In this document: positions 61,200 through 64,000 of the stretch, piece after piece
How the letters are laid out: the number at the start of each line of letters is the position of its first letter
Position numbering within the stretch: the stretch's first letter is position 1
NCBI GenBank assembly: GCA_043228905.1
Contig: JBHGNT010000003.1
Coordinates: forward strand, 6,138,001-6,202,000
Origin: Azolla caroliniana
Lineage: Eukaryota; Plantae; Polypodiophyta
Length of the DNA stretch: 64,000 nt
Reading direction: 5' to 3'
Position numbers and translations under genes: made by a program
The notes under the pieces: model-generated
Database searches by the model: none
The model's input: only the letters and a program-made list of their open reading frames with translations
What the model was told of the DNA's origin: nothing

Positions 61200-62230
61200 T
61201 TCGTCGTCACCTCATAAAAGTCTGCTTTAGCCCCCAACAACATCATCACTCATCCTTATCAAACAAAGAAAACATGTTTCCTTTTCCCCAACCATCTCGC
61301 CATAGCATAGCAAATCTTGTATCTACCAAACAAAAACATAATCACACTACTCTCTTTAATCCCCTCATGAAATTCAACTTCTTCCCCCGACACCATCGTC
61401 ACTCATCCTTGACAATTTTCTTCATTTTCCACATCAACCATCTGTTCGTTTGCCATTGAAGTCCTGTACAAACAAAAAATAGAGTGAATGTGTTATCTTA
61501 ATCCCCTCAAAAAAACATTGCTTCAACCCCCAACACCACCATGATTCACTCATCCTTAAAAAATAGACAATTTGCTTCAATGACCACATCAACAATCTCG
61601 ATTTATACCACCGAGAACCTGTACCAAAAAAAGAAATGAGCTTACTGTCCTAATCCCCTCATGAAATTATGCTTCATCCCCCTACACTATCATCACTCAT
61701 CCTATACAGAAATGTGCTATCCTCATCCCCTACAAGTTTCTTCGTTTTCCACATCAACCGGCTGTTCGTTTGGCATTGCAATCCTGTACAAACAAAAATA
61801 GAGTGAATGTGCCACGTCATCCCCTCATAAAAACATTGCTTCAGGCCCCAACACCACCATGATTCCCTCATCCTTAGAAAATAGACAATTTGCTTCAATG
61901 ACCCCATCAACCATCTCGATTTATACCACCGAGAACCTGTACGAAAAACGGAATGAGATTACTCTCCTAATCCGCACATGAAATTATGCTTCATCCCCCT
62001 ACACATTCGTCACTCATCCTGTACAAAAATAGAAGAATGTGCTTCATTTTCCACATCAACCATCTGTTCGTTCACCACCAAAATCATGTACAAACAAAAA
62101 TAGAGTGAATGTGTTGTTGTCATCCCCTCATAAAAATTTGTTTCAACCCCTGACAACACCATCACTCATCCTTACCAAATAGAAATACTTCCATGCCCAC
62201 ATCACCATCTCATTGTGTACCACTAAAGTC
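61200..62230. repeat. Diverged tandem repeat, about 300-320 bp period with internal subrepeats
   Basis: TTTCCACATCAACC..CTGTTCGTT..GTACAAACAAAAATAGAGTGAATGTG at about 61427, 61747 and 62048; CATCACTCATCCT and ATCCCCTCAT recur. Confidence 0.85.
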
Positions 62231-62269
62231 CTATATCTACCCAAAAAACTTAATGAAACTATTATCCTA

Positions 62270-64000
62270 ATGATAAATTACTGTGGAGTATTCAGTATAA
62301 ATGGTGTCGGTGGCGGAAACAACCAACGAGGTGGAACGTAGTTCCACTTAACATCATCTCCTGTTGCATCCAAGAAAATAGGAATAGCTGACCAGACTCT
62401 TCTAATTGTGCTTCTTTTCCGATTAGCTACATTTCCAAAACCCTCATAACTATCATATTCACCTTTAACCGTACTTACCAATCATTCCCAGAAAGACTTA
62501 ACTTGATCCACAACATTAGTTTGTTCATCATTAATATTTTAGAACATCTCGCTTTCCAAATAATCCATAAGGCGAAAGAGGAGATAATGTTCCAAACATA
62601 ACACCTGGAAGAAAACTTGACTCCCTGCAAGGAGCTTCATGTATCGTACACCTGAAAACTTTTCACATGTAAAGTCAATGATGAATTATGATGATGATAA
62701 AAACCCATTTGTTGAGCCAACGTACCCCAAAAGATCGTACCCCACGTGAATATAACCGCCCTATACTTACGACCTAAAAGCCTAAGAATACGAGACCAAA
62801 AACATTTGACCGTAACACATTCCCAAAAAGCATGATGCAATGCCTCAGATGCAAAACCACACCTACCACATGATCGATCAGGTAGTGTTCCCCTCAATAA
62901 AGCTCCTACTAGCAATGCATAATGAATCATTAACCATCGAAAATGCAATACCTTGTTCATACATTTAAGTGACCAAAACTGTTTCTAGAACTTCAACATA
63001 TGCGAAGATTACACATTACCTTCCTCCCAATATTGTTTCCCTGTAGGTATCAACTCTATCTCATTTAACAAAAAAATTCTACCCAATGCCACAGAATATG
63101 TGAAAAATGGAAGAACTTTTGTTTGCATAGTGTCAAACCTGGGCAACATCCAACCATAATCTGATGGATCCCACTGTAGATCAACAATTGGCCTAGAGTG
63201 TAAAACCCACATATGAGATGAGTACTTAGCAATTAATGGATTAGGATCTATAAATATCTTTTTATCTAATCTAGCAATTACTCTCACTGGTAGTTGCTTG
63301 GCAGAAGACATGATTGAAGACTCCTCCTCCACTAAAAACAACCTACCGTTATCCAGAACTTCATAAAAGTAGAGGCTGCCATTTGATGATATAAACAAGC
63401 TCCTATAAGTATATTCAATGTCGAAAACATACCATACCAATTCTAAAAATGACCAAATTGCAAAGTTGGTAGTGTTACCTGATACATCATTGACACTTGA
63501 GAGAGCATAATGTTTGCCCCTCTAAAATTAGACACCCTAGTCTTTTGGTCTTGCACTGAAGTCTACAGAAAATTTACCCAATCCGCAATTGTACGAGTTG
63601 GTCCATTATCCATTGCAGCCCAAGATAACCTAGGTTGTAAACCCAAAACACATGGCGCATCATCAGTAAATAAAGGATTCCATAACAACGATTGACGCAT
63701 TAATTGATGATACGTTTTTGGTGGCACAAAAACAAGTGCTCGACGAATACTTTCCCATGCCCTTAGAATTCCATTAAAAAAACGTAAAAACCCAACAATC
63801 GACTTAGGCAACAGAAAATCTGAGTTAAAGAACCATCTAAGACTATCACGCCATTGACCACCAACATATGGTTTAAATTTATATAAATGACACATCCATA
63901 AATTTTTCCACAACTCCTCTCCTGGCAATAAACTCCTAATAACATGTTTAACAAGTAATGATTTACTTTGAATAAAAGGATCAATCAAATCTAAACCTCC
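62270..64000 (-). mobile_element. L1-clade LINE ORF2 3' region (post-RT, zf-RVT), degraded, continues beyond the window
   Basis: GLDLIDPFIQSKSLLVKHVIR, RQSLLWNPLF, and CCHC DRSCGRCGFASEALHHAFWECVTVKCFW; several stops. Confidence 0.88.

Overview
Eukaryotic land-plant nuclear DNA, most likely a fern or other seed-free vascular plant (inferred from TE-filled introns, PLS-PPR motif style and a Tcn1-like gag relic). Three host genes are supported. (1) The 3' half of a class-B auxin response factor (+, 1-2064). (2) An 8-exon thylakoid-lumen FKBP16-1-like immunophilin (-, 7550-27772), largely missed by the ORF track, whose introns are expanded by nested retroelements and whose promoter plus first exon is tandemly duplicated. 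(3) An intronless DnaJ/zinc-ribbon/DUF3444 gene (+, 43808-46204). The rest is a layered TE landscape: a Copia nested inside a Copia, a very young Copia disabled by one stop codon, a chromovirus with apparently identical LTRs and a highly structured 1.7 kb leader, several solo LTRs, L1 and RTEX/L2-like LINE relics, two hAT-type non-autonomous elements, PPR pseudogene pieces and a higher-order tandem repeat. I did not find a clearly new biological system. The most unusual observations are a truncated LTR element flanked by a 200 bp target duplication, the hairpin-array retroelement leader, and the duplicated tRNA-like element plus first exon of the FKBP gene. All alignments and splice calls were made by eye.
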